A stretch of 53,750 bases of DNA from a virus: positions 1 to 53,750 of IMG/VR virus record IMGVR_UViG_3300010413_000043, one strand, 5' to 3'. Numbering within the stretch: position 1 is the stretch's first letter; every line of letters starts with the position of its first letter. The notes under the pieces were generated by a model that had not been told where the DNA came from, searched no databases, and saw nothing but the letters and a program-made list of their open reading frames with translations. Below, one piece after another: positions 15,625 through 25,625 of this stretch. A program made the position numbers and the translations under genes.

Positions 15625-17064
15625 TTAATTATCCTGTACAGGACTATACTGTATATATGTATTGTCTGCTTTCACAAATATTTGTACAATATCGTCTAAA
15701 CCCAAAATAATTGTTCCACTTGTATTAAAATTACCACCGTCATTTATCATTAATGTATATGTATCTGATGTTCCTATTATTGTATATATTCTACCTATTA
15801 CAGGATTATCAAAATCTGTTAATGTTACAGACGTTGTTGTTCCATCATAGTAATATATCTGTCTACTATTCATGTCTGGCGTAGCGTCTCCATCTGCAAT
15901 TGTTCCAGTAGTATAATTTGATCCATACATAGATAGATTACTTGCTACATTAACAGATCCACCCGTAAAATAATGAACGCAATCTCCGCCGCCAGTTGGC
16001 CCATAAAATATATCCACCTGCCCTGGCTCCTGATTAACAAATTTAATTGCAGTTTCATTTCCTATTATTAACTCGTTTTTATCTGAATTACCATACATAC
16101 TATCCGAAGAAATGGCAACATCTGAACTTATATTATTTGCTATGTTTATGTTAGCTTTATCTGTAAATAAACCTATTTCTCCATCAAGTCCATTTAGACT
16201 AACTTCTGCATAATTTGACCCAGCTTGAGAATGTAAAACAATATCAGACCCAGACGTTCCTGTTATATATGTATTGTCATCAGAACCTGTTAAGCCTGAA
16301 ATATTAATTTCAAAAGTTCCATCTCTGGCAATATAAAAATAATTATACCCATTTCCGTTATAATCACCAAAATGATATGCATCACCATCAAATGAAAATT
16401 CCTGTCCTGTAGTAACATCACTAACTGTCTGAAATCCTCCAGACCCGTCAGATATTTGTATATTTCCCGTAGTCCCTGCCGACTGTCCTGACGTGCAATT
16501 AAGGCAATAGCCTGCCGTATCTGCATAAATAGAACTATCAATATTATTTGTATCAATTTGAGCCCACGTTAATCTTAAGCTATCAGGATCATATATTGGC
16601 ACTGCTAAATAATTCGGAAACCATATTGGCCATAACGAATCAATTGATGATGTATCCATTTGCGCCCATGTCATTTTTCCAGAATCAGGATCAAATATAG
16701 CTGCAGACAAATAATCAGGCACCCAATCAGGGAAAATAGTATCCACATTTGTAGTATAAATTTGAGCCCACGTTAATCTTAAACTATCCGGATCGTAAAT
16801 AGGAGATGCTAAATAATTAGGTAACCAATTTGGAAGTAATCCAAGTTTTATTAAATCACTATATTGAAATACTTCAGGACCTACTTTAATAGAATCAAAC
16901 ACACAAAATTGTATATAACTTGAATCTGTAGTTCCGTAAATTGGACTATTCCAAACTTTTAAATTACCCCAAATGACAACGTCTTTATATAATCTTTCAG
17001 GATTTTGCCCGAATAAATTAAATCCAATTATTAAGGCTGCTATTATTGTAATTATCTTTTTCAT
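15625..17064 (-). CDS. Signal-peptide protein with 3 tandem 34-aa repeats and a G/S/T/N-rich fibre-like C-terminus
   Basis: MKKIITIIAALIIGFNLFGQ signal-like N-terminus. Repeats (PNYLA.PIYDPDSLRLTWAQ) span aa 77-178. Confidence 0.5.
   Translation of the reverse strand: MKKIITIIAALIIGFNLFGQNPERLYKDVVIWGNLKVWNSPIYGTTDSSYIQFCVFDSIKVGPEVFQYSDLIKLGLLPNWLPNYLASPIYDPDSLRLTWAQIYTTNVDTIFPDWVPDYLSAAIFDPDSGKMTWAQMDTSSIDSLWPIWFPNYLAVPIYDPDSLRLTWAQIDTNNIDSSIYADTAGYCLNCTSGQSAGTTGNIQISDGSGGFQTVSDVTTGQEFSFDGDAYHFGDYNGNGYNYFYIARDGTFEINISGLTGSDDNTYITGTSGSDIVLHSQAGSNYAEVSLNGLDGEIGLFTDKANINIANNISSDVAISSDSMYGNSDKNELIIGNETAIKFVNQEPGQVDIFYGPTGGGDCVHYFTGGSVNVASNLSMYGSNYTTGTIADGDATPDMNSRQIYYYDGTTTSVTLTDFDNPVIGRIYTIIGTSDTYTLMINDGGNFNTSGTIILGLDDIVQIFVKADNTYIQYSPVQDN
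16531..16836 (-). repeat. 3 x 102-bp in-frame tandem repeat
   Basis: Encodes LPNWLPNYLASPIYDPDSLRLTWAQIYTTNVDTI / FPDWVPDYLSAAIFDPDSGKMTWAQMDTSSIDSL / WPIWFPNYLAVPIYDPDSLRLTWAQIDTNNIDSS. Confidence 0.85.
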
Positions 17065-19271
17065 AATAAATATAATGTTGTATCTAAAACTAAATCAATA
17101 TCATTTCCATCACCTGTATTATCGGTAACATCAATCCTTATAGAATTGCCGCTAATGCTTTTTAATATGTCAATTCCAACATCATCAAGCTCCGCAATTC
17201 TATTACTATCAGTACCGGCCTTATTACTTAATAATAGGCTTCCTTTTTCTGTCAATGTATCTCTTGTTGCAACATATTCAATTTTAATTACATTATGCAA
17301 TGTTACATCTCCAACTGCAACATAATAATTAGTAGAACTATTCGGTATAGTATCCTCGATTATTATATTCTGTTTTTTTGATGTTATACTTATACCATCG
17401 TTAAAATTCTTTAAACCGTATATATCTTGTGATTGATCTGATATATGGCCCCATGTTACTCCTATATCAGCTTCCTGTAATCCTGATAAATTATTATGAT
17501 TTGAAGGTGTTGATCCTCTGGAAATTTCTGTAACTCTCCAGTCAATGTAATTATTACCATCCCCGGTTAATGAATATTTCGCATTTACACTATTTGTAAA
17601 ACTTGTTTTGCATTCTAATATTAATGTTGCAATAGGAACAAATTCAGGGCTTGGTAAATTACCTAATAATTGTCCTAATTCAGTTGATGCTCCTGTAGTG
17701 GCTAATGCAGCACTTGAGTATTGATTTATACCTAAAAATACAACAGGATTATTATTTATAGCTCCGACAGCTAACAAATGAATAAGCATAAAATAATTAC
17801 TTGTTACCTCAGTCAATTGCCATGTTGATCCTGTATATTGATTATACTGGGGTAATGGAGTAGCTCCAACAGGAAAACTATACCCTGCATTAGTCGAAGC
17901 TCTCCAATATCCATTACTACCGAATCTATAGTAATATTTTAATCCTGTAGTGCTCGCAATTGTATTTAGTATATGTTCAAGATCCTCATCTACAATTATA
18001 CCCGTTAATACCCCGAACTGAGCATGAGAATTTAAGGATCCATCTCCTATAATTAAATTGTTTGGAGATAGACCAGATATATATTGAGCACCCCTTGTCC
18101 TATGCAAATAAAGATGTGTTACAGGAGACATACTCATTCCGTGACGTTCATCAACAATCAACTCAGCTAATGCAGTATCAGCATTCCAATAAATATAAGC
18201 TACTGTACATTTATGCAAAATTAATTCAGCTATTTCAGCACTTGATCCATTCGTTAAAACTAATAATGTTTCACCATCAAAATAAATTATATGATCACCA
18301 GTTGTATCAGGTATTACAACATCATCAGAACTTTCTTTTTCGTATTTTTCACCCTCAATGTAATAGTGATAATCAGTATCATTTGGAGTAATTGTAAATG
18401 TACGTGTTGCATCTACAAATGATAAATCTGTAGAGTCTCTTTCATCAGGAGGAAATCCATTATTATCCGTAGTTTCAACAGTTAAATTAGTGGTTTGAAT
18501 ATCTACAGTGATCAATCCACTTGTTTCATCACCTATAACATCAACAATTCCAATTAATACAACATAACTGCCATCTGTGGGTAATATTGTAGTCATTTGT
18601 CCATTTGTACCCAAATACAACCTATCATTTACGGCCCATGCTGTTGTATCCATTGTAACTTGACCGAGTTTGGTAATATTACCGTAAGTACCATTTTCAA
18701 TTGTAGTTGTCGCAACTGCTACCGGCCTTGATCTATCCTTATAACGATTATCAGCAAGCCCTATATCATCACCAAATGGACATACTGCGGTACCATTTGG
18801 AATATCTGATCCACTTGTATTAAGAACATAAAAGGCAATTTCACGACCTGGATTCAATTGCAATTCTTCATCATCTGTAAAATAGGCAATCGCCTTTTTC
18901 GCTGCATCATACCATATACGCCCCTCCTTATAGGTAGGTGCCGTAATTGTAGGTGTGATATCAATATAATCGAATACAGTACTTATTTCCTCAATCAATC
19001 CTGCTAATTCATCAATTGCCTCCTTAACTGTTTCCTCAGTTAATCCAGAATCTGTATTATCATATCTTATGTTTAAACTATCGAAAACATCTGATGCAAC
19101 ATTTGTCGGATCGTATGTAGAAGATTGCATAAAATAACCGGCAATTGTACTAAATGCTATACGATAAGAAATGAAGTTCCCTAATCCATCGGGTAAAATA
19201 ATATGAAAATAACCCCCTGTTATATCCGTGGTTATTCCAATTGCACTAAGTTTAGTATCCGGTCCTGTCAT
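17061..19271 (-). CDS. Tail fibre / receptor-binding protein candidate (736 aa)
   Basis: Large ORF in the distal tail region with T/G/N-rich composition. Assignment is by position. Confidence 0.4.
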   Translation of the reverse strand: MTGPDTKLSAIGITTDITGGYFHIILPDGLGNFISYRIAFSTIAGYFMQSSTYDPTNVASDVFDSLNIRYDNTDSGLTEETVKEAIDELAGLIEEISTVFDYIDITPTITAPTYKEGRIWYDAAKKAIAYFTDDEELQLNPGREIAFYVLNTSGSDIPNGTAVCPFGDDIGLADNRYKDRSRPVAVATTTIENGTYGNITKLGQVTMDTTAWAVNDRLYLGTNGQMTTILPTDGSYVVLIGIVDVIGDETSGLITVDIQTTNLTVETTDNNGFPPDERDSTDLSFVDATRTFTITPNDTDYHYYIEGEKYEKESSDDVVIPDTTGDHIIYFDGETLLVLTNGSSAEIAELILHKCTVAYIYWNADTALAELIVDERHGMSMSPVTHLYLHRTRGAQYISGLSPNNLIIGDGSLNSHAQFGVLTGIIVDEDLEHILNTIASTTGLKYYYRFGSNGYWRASTNAGYSFPVGATPLPQYNQYTGSTWQLTEVTSNYFMLIHLLAVGAINNNPVVFLGINQYSSAALATTGASTELGQLLGNLPSPEFVPIATLILECKTSFTNSVNAKYSLTGDGNNYIDWRVTEISRGSTPSNHNNLSGLQEADIGVTWGHISDQSQDIYGLKNFNDGISITSKKQNIIIEDTIPNSSTNYYVAVGDVTLHNVIKIEYVATRDTLTEKGSLLLSNKAGTDSNRIAELDDVGIDILKSISGNSIRIDVTDNTGDGNDIDLVLDTTLYLL

Positions 19272-19273
19272 GA

Positions 19274-20086
19274 TTATTTGCTTGAATATGTTATATTAAC
19301 CTCTTTTAAATTTATCTCATAATTCGCTAAATCAGATCTATCGATCTGAGTCATTGCAATAGTATCCTCATTAATCCACCTAATCCCATTCACTGAAATG
19401 GTATTACAGCTAAAAATAGCATTTAAGATATGCTGATAATACATAGGTGTATTAAATATCTTTAGTATTCCTGAATTCACGGGAGTACTTCGAGTCTTTA
19501 CGAATTTTCCTCTGTCACTGGGATAACCGGATATTTCATTTTGTGGTTCGCCTGGTATTATTCTACCTTCGAAATATGTTTTTGCAGTGAATACATTAGT
19601 ACCATTATCATCAAAAATCATCCCATAATCATTGTAAGAATTTGAATATTCAAGTTCAAACAATCTCTTTAAATATTTAGATTCTGAATGTACTTTAATA
19701 TATTCAGATTGTATCGATTCATCAGGCATATCAATATAATAAATACCCGTCTCAGTTATTGACCATGTATATTTATAAATATTTTCAGATATCCATCCAG
19801 TCGGTGTAATATCCTCCGGATTAATCTTTGTGTATAATTCCCATTCTTTTAAAGCATTCAATTTATAAATATACAATTGTTGCGATGCCGGAGAATACAT
19901 GCCAAATTGTAAAACTAAATCCTCATTAATTTTAAAATCCTTTAAGAATTTAGATGCATTTATCCCAGGGAAATAATCAACATGCTCAATTACATTGTAT
20001 TGAGTAGGCCAATAATTAATATAATCAGGCTCTTTTGTAGTATCCCTGAATCTAACCGGGTTCATATTTGGTATTCTAACAGCCAT
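19274..20086 (-). CDS. Tail-associated structural protein (270 aa)
   Basis: Lies between the large post-TMP tail protein and the fibre gene. Assignment is by position only. Confidence 0.3.
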   Translation of the reverse strand: MAVRIPNMNPVRFRDTTKEPDYINYWPTQYNVIEHVDYFPGINASKFLKDFKINEDLVLQFGMYSPASQQLYIYKLNALKEWELYTKINPEDITPTGWISENIYKYTWSITETGIYYIDMPDESIQSEYIKVHSESKYLKRLFELEYSNSYNDYGMIFDDNGTNVFTAKTYFEGRIIPGEPQNEISGYPSDRGKFVKTRSTPVNSGILKIFNTPMYYQHILNAIFSCNTISVNGIRWINEDTIAMTQIDRSDLANYEINLKEVNITYSSK

Positions 20087-22800
20087 TATTCAAAAGTATA
20101 ATTGTTTTCATCTTCAAAAGTATAATTATCACTATCCTCATAAACATAATTAAGTGATTCAACATATTCCCGCCTTATAACTTCCCATGTAGCTTTCAAA
20201 GGATAAGATTCCACGTTAAGAGACTTAATAAAACCATTGTATTCTTCTTCATCATGAGTATATCTAATGAATCCATGAGGATCAGAATTCATTGTATTAA
20301 ATATCTCTTGATTTATCTCTTTTTCGAATGTATCTAAAACAGGTATATAGTATTTTCCCGAAAGTTCATCATATTTAATATTATCAATTTCGTTTACAAT
20401 TTTACCGGCCTGATTTGTATATATAATTGAAACACCTTTTTTTAAGCTTAAAAAGCGTATATCTTGGGGATGTTTCCAAAGCATAGGTGTAAGCATAGAC
20501 TTATGTCTTAAAACGTTTTCACGGCCTGTAATGCGTAAATTAAAGTATTGATCTATGTTAACTATACCAGACAATTCAGAATCTCCGCTTTTCCCCTGAA
20601 TTGCTCTTATTCTATCTGTATCAATTATGTAACGGAATTCATCATATTTTGTATCTTCAGTAGAATTTGTAGAATATTGTTTCCTGCGACATAAATCAAT
20701 TGCAATTGAGGCACCATGATAATCAGCTCTCCAATTAACCTCATTTTTTACGGGTTGATTTATTGTATATTCCAACGGCATATTAAATTCACTTACCCCG
20801 TTTAAATCTTCAAAATCAACCTCTGGCCATCCACATTTAATCGAAGGAATATAAGCATCCGGATAAGGTTCGGATTCAAAATTATTAACCTCACCTAAAT
20901 CAAACATAAAATAATTATCCTTAAAAAACTCAGACATAGTTTCAATGAAGAATCTATCATTAACACGATCATAACCTAATCCAACTGGTTCGATTGCGAA
21001 TAATGAATTAAATAAACCGTCAATTGATGCAAGTATACCCTTATCTGGGAATTGCCTTAAATTAAAACCAGATGTTAAGAAAAGATTAGCCCATTTTCCA
21101 TTCACTAAATAAGTCTCATAATCGCTTTCTATATGTCCTAATAATGTGCTATAGATTACTTTATCTGTATCCTGCTCGCTTGTCGCTAATTGTAAAACCT
21201 TTCCGAAAGCCTCATGCAAGAATAAACCTCTTGTATTTGTTTGTTCTACAGATGGGAATATCTCATATCCATTTAGATTAAATAATACATTATTAGAATA
21301 ACTGATTTTATATCCTATAATATCAGTAATTAAATAGATAACATAAAATTTAATATATCCACCGGCAGGTACTTCCCAATCATAAAGCATATTTGATAAA
21401 TCAAATTCTGGATTTATGATCTGTGTTGTGCCTCCTGATTGAGAAAATGTATTTGAATAATTATCTATGTTAATAATTTGTACAGGTATGTCATCTGCAT
21501 CATACACATAAACAATATATGAAATACTGACAAATGCTGAGTTTCCAAATATAGACGGTATTAAATAAAGAGAATTAAATTGTTGTACATCAATATTTGT
21601 TATCCTAAAAATAGTATCATAATCAGTTGTATTCTCATAAATAACACCATCATCGCCATTACCTACAATACGATCACCAATATCATTTATAGTTGTTTCC
21701 TCAAGTGTTGGATACCATTCTACGGGGGTATCATTATTACTCCAAATGATATTATAAAGATGATCTCTTATTCTCATTTTAGTTTCGAATCTGAGATATA
21801 AATCAAGAGGATCAACCTTAATTATTTGCTCGGCAATAGGTGTTAATTGCTTTCCATCATGTGAAATATTAGTAAATAAATCATATTCAACTTCGGACCT
21901 ATCAATTAATTTAGCCTCTTTAGTACCGTCTTTAATACCTATCTCAACAAATCTATCTGTAATCAAGAATTTAACTTTCCCGGGTGTGAAATTCAATATA
22001 CCATCATAGAACTTTACATAATCTCCTGTTTGTGTATTAATTTCATAAATCTCAACAGTTATCTCAGCTAATATGTCGTATAAATCATATTGGTCTTTAA
22101 TAAAATCACCACCCCCATAATTACGAATATACCAACGTAAAGAAACTGCATAATTTCGTAGAATAGAATTATACTTTTTAGATCGTTCCCATTTTATTTG
22201 TAGTTTTTCCCAACCGGCTGGGTTTTCTTTCACCAAATATGTTTCAGATTCTTTAATTAACTCTACCTCATCAATCTCAAAATATACTCCAGCCTGGTTA
22301 ATCTTAAAGTAAAGAACCTCTATTGTATTATCAATCTCAATTGCCTCGGATAAATAAACCTCTGCATTACCGTCATTGTAAGGTAATGTAATTTCATCTT
22401 CTGAGCCTAGTTTAATAGATGATAAGTAGCTATTTGTGCGATATCTGAATCTAACATGGTACCGATAATTTGGATCCATTTCCCCTAGAATAGCGTAAAG
22501 CGTTGCGTGAAGATCCGAAATATCATCAGTAGTTTCGAAACGTTGTGCATTTCCTGTAAAATTATTTCCTGTAACTATTTCAGTTTGTTGGCTTACTATA
22601 TAAGCAATATACCAATTTTGAGCTAACCCATTTGTGTCATTAATCCAATCATATTGATCTGTGCCTCCTCCATTTTCAACACCTTCAGCCGGGGGATTAT
22701 TTTTAAATACATATTTATAAAAAGTATTTTTATACTCATCACCGAAATAAGTTAAGTAATCGTTATAACTACCGTTAAAATATGTATCTAAATATGCCAT
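20086..22800 (-). CDS. Large distal-tail/baseplate-hub-like protein with an N-terminal jelly-roll (CBM-like) domain
   Basis: Directly follows the tape measure gene, with its ATG at 22800 overlapping the TMP TGA. The N-terminal domain ends in YFEIDEVELIKE. Confidence 0.45.
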   Translation of the reverse strand: MAYLDTYFNGSYNDYLTYFGDEYKNTFYKYVFKNNPPAEGVENGGGTDQYDWINDTNGLAQNWYIAYIVSQQTEIVTGNNFTGNAQRFETTDDISDLHATLYAILGEMDPNYRYHVRFRYRTNSYLSSIKLGSEDEITLPYNDGNAEVYLSEAIEIDNTIEVLYFKINQAGVYFEIDEVELIKESETYLVKENPAGWEKLQIKWERSKKYNSILRNYAVSLRWYIRNYGGGDFIKDQYDLYDILAEITVEIYEINTQTGDYVKFYDGILNFTPGKVKFLITDRFVEIGIKDGTKEAKLIDRSEVEYDLFTNISHDGKQLTPIAEQIIKVDPLDLYLRFETKMRIRDHLYNIIWSNNDTPVEWYPTLEETTINDIGDRIVGNGDDGVIYENTTDYDTIFRITNIDVQQFNSLYLIPSIFGNSAFVSISYIVYVYDADDIPVQIINIDNYSNTFSQSGGTTQIINPEFDLSNMLYDWEVPAGGYIKFYVIYLITDIIGYKISYSNNVLFNLNGYEIFPSVEQTNTRGLFLHEAFGKVLQLATSEQDTDKVIYSTLLGHIESDYETYLVNGKWANLFLTSGFNLRQFPDKGILASIDGLFNSLFAIEPVGLGYDRVNDRFFIETMSEFFKDNYFMFDLGEVNNFESEPYPDAYIPSIKCGWPEVDFEDLNGVSEFNMPLEYTINQPVKNEVNWRADYHGASIAIDLCRRKQYSTNSTEDTKYDEFRYIIDTDRIRAIQGKSGDSELSGIVNIDQYFNLRITGRENVLRHKSMLTPMLWKHPQDIRFLSLKKGVSIIYTNQAGKIVNEIDNIKYDELSGKYYIPVLDTFEKEINQEIFNTMNSDPHGFIRYTHDEEEYNGFIKSLNVESYPLKATWEVIRREYVESLNYVYEDSDNYTFEDENNYTFE

Positions 22801-25625
22801 CAATGTCCAAAATATTCGTTCTCAAACTTAATGCGACTATTCCCGTATTCGACTGTTTTATGGAATTTATCACCGTTAATTATAGTATTACTTGTTGTTT
22901 GTTTTGATTGTCTTTGTTTTTCAAGTGCAATTATCTGATCTAGTTTATGATTTGTAATTCCCCCGTATTCAGATAATATTTTCTCAGTTTCACGGTTAGG
23001 AATAACCCTATCACCTTTTTTCAAATGCGTATACATTCTATTTTCAGCAAGCCAAGGACCTGAATCTGATATAATAAGTTCACGCCCTTTCTCACCTACC
23101 TCAGCCCATGTATCTTTTAATACTCCATCCGGGCCTGTACCTTTCCAATATTGCGGGATAGGTTGAGCAATTATGCTTGCGATCTGAGCGGCTCCCGTAG
23201 CTGCTACTAAAGCGGCAAGTATATAATTAGGTAATGATTTTGTGACAGCTACAGCCGTATTTATTCCGGCATTAAAAACAGCCTGTATTTTTTCATTTAT
23301 TGCGGCTTGTCTTTCAAGTTTATTTTTTTGCTTCTGATAATTTTCGTCAATTTTTTCTTTTAATTTAGTGTTATCACCTGCCAACTCAATTTCACGCTGA
23401 TACTGATTTTCAAGTATCGCAAGTTCATTTGATTTACTTGTTTTATAATAATTAAACCCCTCATTAATTAGATTTTGAGTAGCTGTAATTTCTTCTTGAT
23501 TTTTTGTTATAAATTTTTCATTATCTTCTTTATCCTTTTCCTCTTTTTTCTTCCTAAACTCCTCTTCAATATCAAACATTCTTTCTTCGTGCTCATACTT
23601 CAAAGCTTCAAGTTCTTCATTTAATAATGTTTGAACTTCTATCATTTTTTTACCATTCTCAGTCTCTACTTCCTGAAATACTTTCCCTTCATTTATTAAT
23701 CTTTGATATTTTTCATTTTCCCATGCAATTTCTTGTTTTTTAATTTCTTCAATTGTTTTTAAATTACGTCTTATTCTTTCCTGTTCTATTCCTTTAACTG
23801 TTTCCTCGGCAGCTTTTAATCTATCATTTTGCTCTTTATTTAATGCTGCCTGAGCTGCCGCCAAATCTTGCTCCGCTTTTCTTCTCTCTACAATTACCTC
23901 ACGTAAACGATTAGTTCCACGTTCAGATATTTGTAACCCCTCAGCATACATTACTATCTCTGTATTATTAAGCTTAAGAAGTTTATTTGTATCTAATTCA
24001 ATTTCATTAAAATCTTCGAATAATTTAATTTGGTCATTAAAAGACTCCTTCATTATGCCCTGAGTTTCGACTAGTTTTTCCTGCCTAAATGTTAACGATT
24101 TATCTGTATCTGCAATTATCTGCTCATTTACTGTTTTTTGCGCATCGGCAACATCTAAAATTAAATCTAATCGTTGCTCGAATACATCCAATTCAGTCAT
24201 CCTTCGCTTTTGATTATTCTCTGCCTCAACTCTTAAAATCTCGTTGCTTGCCTGAATAGCTTCTATTTTAGTGTCAGTATACGCTTTCTCTATTTCAATA
24301 CCCTCTTTAGTTATTGAAACTAGCTCGCCGCTTGCTTCCCGTCTTATATGTCCAGCTTTAATTGCCTCCTCAATTTCCATATCTGCAATCTTTAGCCTTT
24401 CATTAGCTAAAAAAGCCTCCTCTTTAGTCCTCTTCATTTCAACCTCTCCGAGCTTAATTCTTGCCTCTATCATTTGAGCCATGCTTACAGTATCATCATC
24501 CGCCGTAATTGCTAATAAATCGGCCTCTGATTGTAAATTAGCTATTCTTGTTCTACTTTCATTATCAATATCATTATACGCATCCCTTAATTGCAATAGT
24601 TGTTGACGAACAGCGGCCAAAGCTCCAACCTCATCATAAAATCCTTTAGCATTTTCTTTTTGAGTATTTACAAGTTCGCTTAATGTATCCTTAATTCCTT
24701 GAATAGCACCTTTATCATTCATTTTTTCAAATAATGTACTATACCATTTTGACATATTCTTAAGAGAACTCTCTAAACCTCCTTTTTCGAATACACCTGC
24801 CAAATCAACTGAAAATTCTCTAAATTTTTTCTTCATTATATCAATATCCGCACTTACTAAACTTGTAGCCTTTCCAAATTTCAATGCACCATCTCGTGTA
24901 GATGCAAATGATTTACCCAATGCCCCAACAACTAAAGCAATCGCCGCAAAAGTGGCGACAATCGGATTTGCTAATAATGCCATCATTTGTTGTCCGACTC
25001 CTTGAATACCACTTGCAACATTTCCAAGAGGTCCTAGTAGCGCATCCAGAGCACTTTGGTAATTACCTATGTTTATTTTTTGCTGAACATAAGAATCAGC
25101 ATTATTTTTAATTATTTCATCATTTTCCTTAATTTTTCGTTTCAATTCAGCATAACGAACTATATTGTTATCAAGAGTTGGATTTAGGTTATTCATTTCC
25201 TCTCTTAATTTTCTATTTTCAGATCTCAATTGATTAATAGATCCAGATTCTGCCTTTCTTAATTTTATTTCTTCCTTTATCTTTTTATTTTGTTCAGATC
25301 TTAAAATTGCGGCTTTAGCCATTTCTTTCCCTGTTTCTGATCTCTCTGCTCTGGCTTTTGCTAAAATTTCAACGGTTTTTTTCTGTAATTTTTCCTCCTC
25401 CTTTATTGATTGTGCTAAAATATCAAGATTATCATTTGTTTTCTTAACAGCTTTGGTGTTATTTTCATGAGATGTTTTATTTTCTTTTAATGTTTTATCG
25501 AGTGAAATAGAAGCATCTACAAGTTGACGATAAGTTTGCACAACTTTAGTTAATGACTTCTCAATATCCTGAAAAGTCCTGTCAGTTTCACTAAGCTGCT
25601 TATTAAAATTAATAATTTTCGGCAT
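22800..25625 (-). CDS. Tail tape measure protein
   Basis: 941 aa with long K/E/Q coiled coils and hydrophobic G/A-rich segments (LLGPLGNVASGIQGVGQQMMALLANPIVATFAAIALVVGALG). Preceded by a chaperone pair. Confidence 0.85.
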   Translation of the reverse strand: MPKIINFNKQLSETDRTFQDIEKSLTKVVQTYRQLVDASISLDKTLKENKTSHENNTKAVKKTNDNLDILAQSIKEEEKLQKKTVEILAKARAERSETGKEMAKAAILRSEQNKKIKEEIKLRKAESGSINQLRSENRKLREEMNNLNPTLDNNIVRYAELKRKIKENDEIIKNNADSYVQQKINIGNYQSALDALLGPLGNVASGIQGVGQQMMALLANPIVATFAAIALVVGALGKSFASTRDGALKFGKATSLVSADIDIMKKKFREFSVDLAGVFEKGGLESSLKNMSKWYSTLFEKMNDKGAIQGIKDTLSELVNTQKENAKGFYDEVGALAAVRQQLLQLRDAYNDIDNESRTRIANLQSEADLLAITADDDTVSMAQMIEARIKLGEVEMKRTKEEAFLANERLKIADMEIEEAIKAGHIRREASGELVSITKEGIEIEKAYTDTKIEAIQASNEILRVEAENNQKRRMTELDVFEQRLDLILDVADAQKTVNEQIIADTDKSLTFRQEKLVETQGIMKESFNDQIKLFEDFNEIELDTNKLLKLNNTEIVMYAEGLQISERGTNRLREVIVERRKAEQDLAAAQAALNKEQNDRLKAAEETVKGIEQERIRRNLKTIEEIKKQEIAWENEKYQRLINEGKVFQEVETENGKKMIEVQTLLNEELEALKYEHEERMFDIEEEFRKKKEEKDKEDNEKFITKNQEEITATQNLINEGFNYYKTSKSNELAILENQYQREIELAGDNTKLKEKIDENYQKQKNKLERQAAINEKIQAVFNAGINTAVAVTKSLPNYILAALVAATGAAQIASIIAQPIPQYWKGTGPDGVLKDTWAEVGEKGRELIISDSGPWLAENRMYTHLKKGDRVIPNRETEKILSEYGGITNHKLDQIIALEKQRQSKQTTSNTIINGDKFHKTVEYGNSRIKFENEYFGH

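Noticed and set aside
16290-16556. Nested minus-strand alternative-frame ORFs: 5213-5434, 9471-9689, 16290-16556, 29763-29948, 44419-44619 and 49103-49297.
   Set aside because: Each lies entirely inside a larger, better-supported CDS in another frame. There is no independent signal, and composition is consistent with frame-shifted AT-rich coding sequence.
13155-19271. Diversity-generating retroelement targeting the fibre genes.
   Set aside because: No reverse-transcriptase-like ORF is present, and I saw no template/variable repeat pair. The only repeats here are the in-frame 102-bp tandem units.
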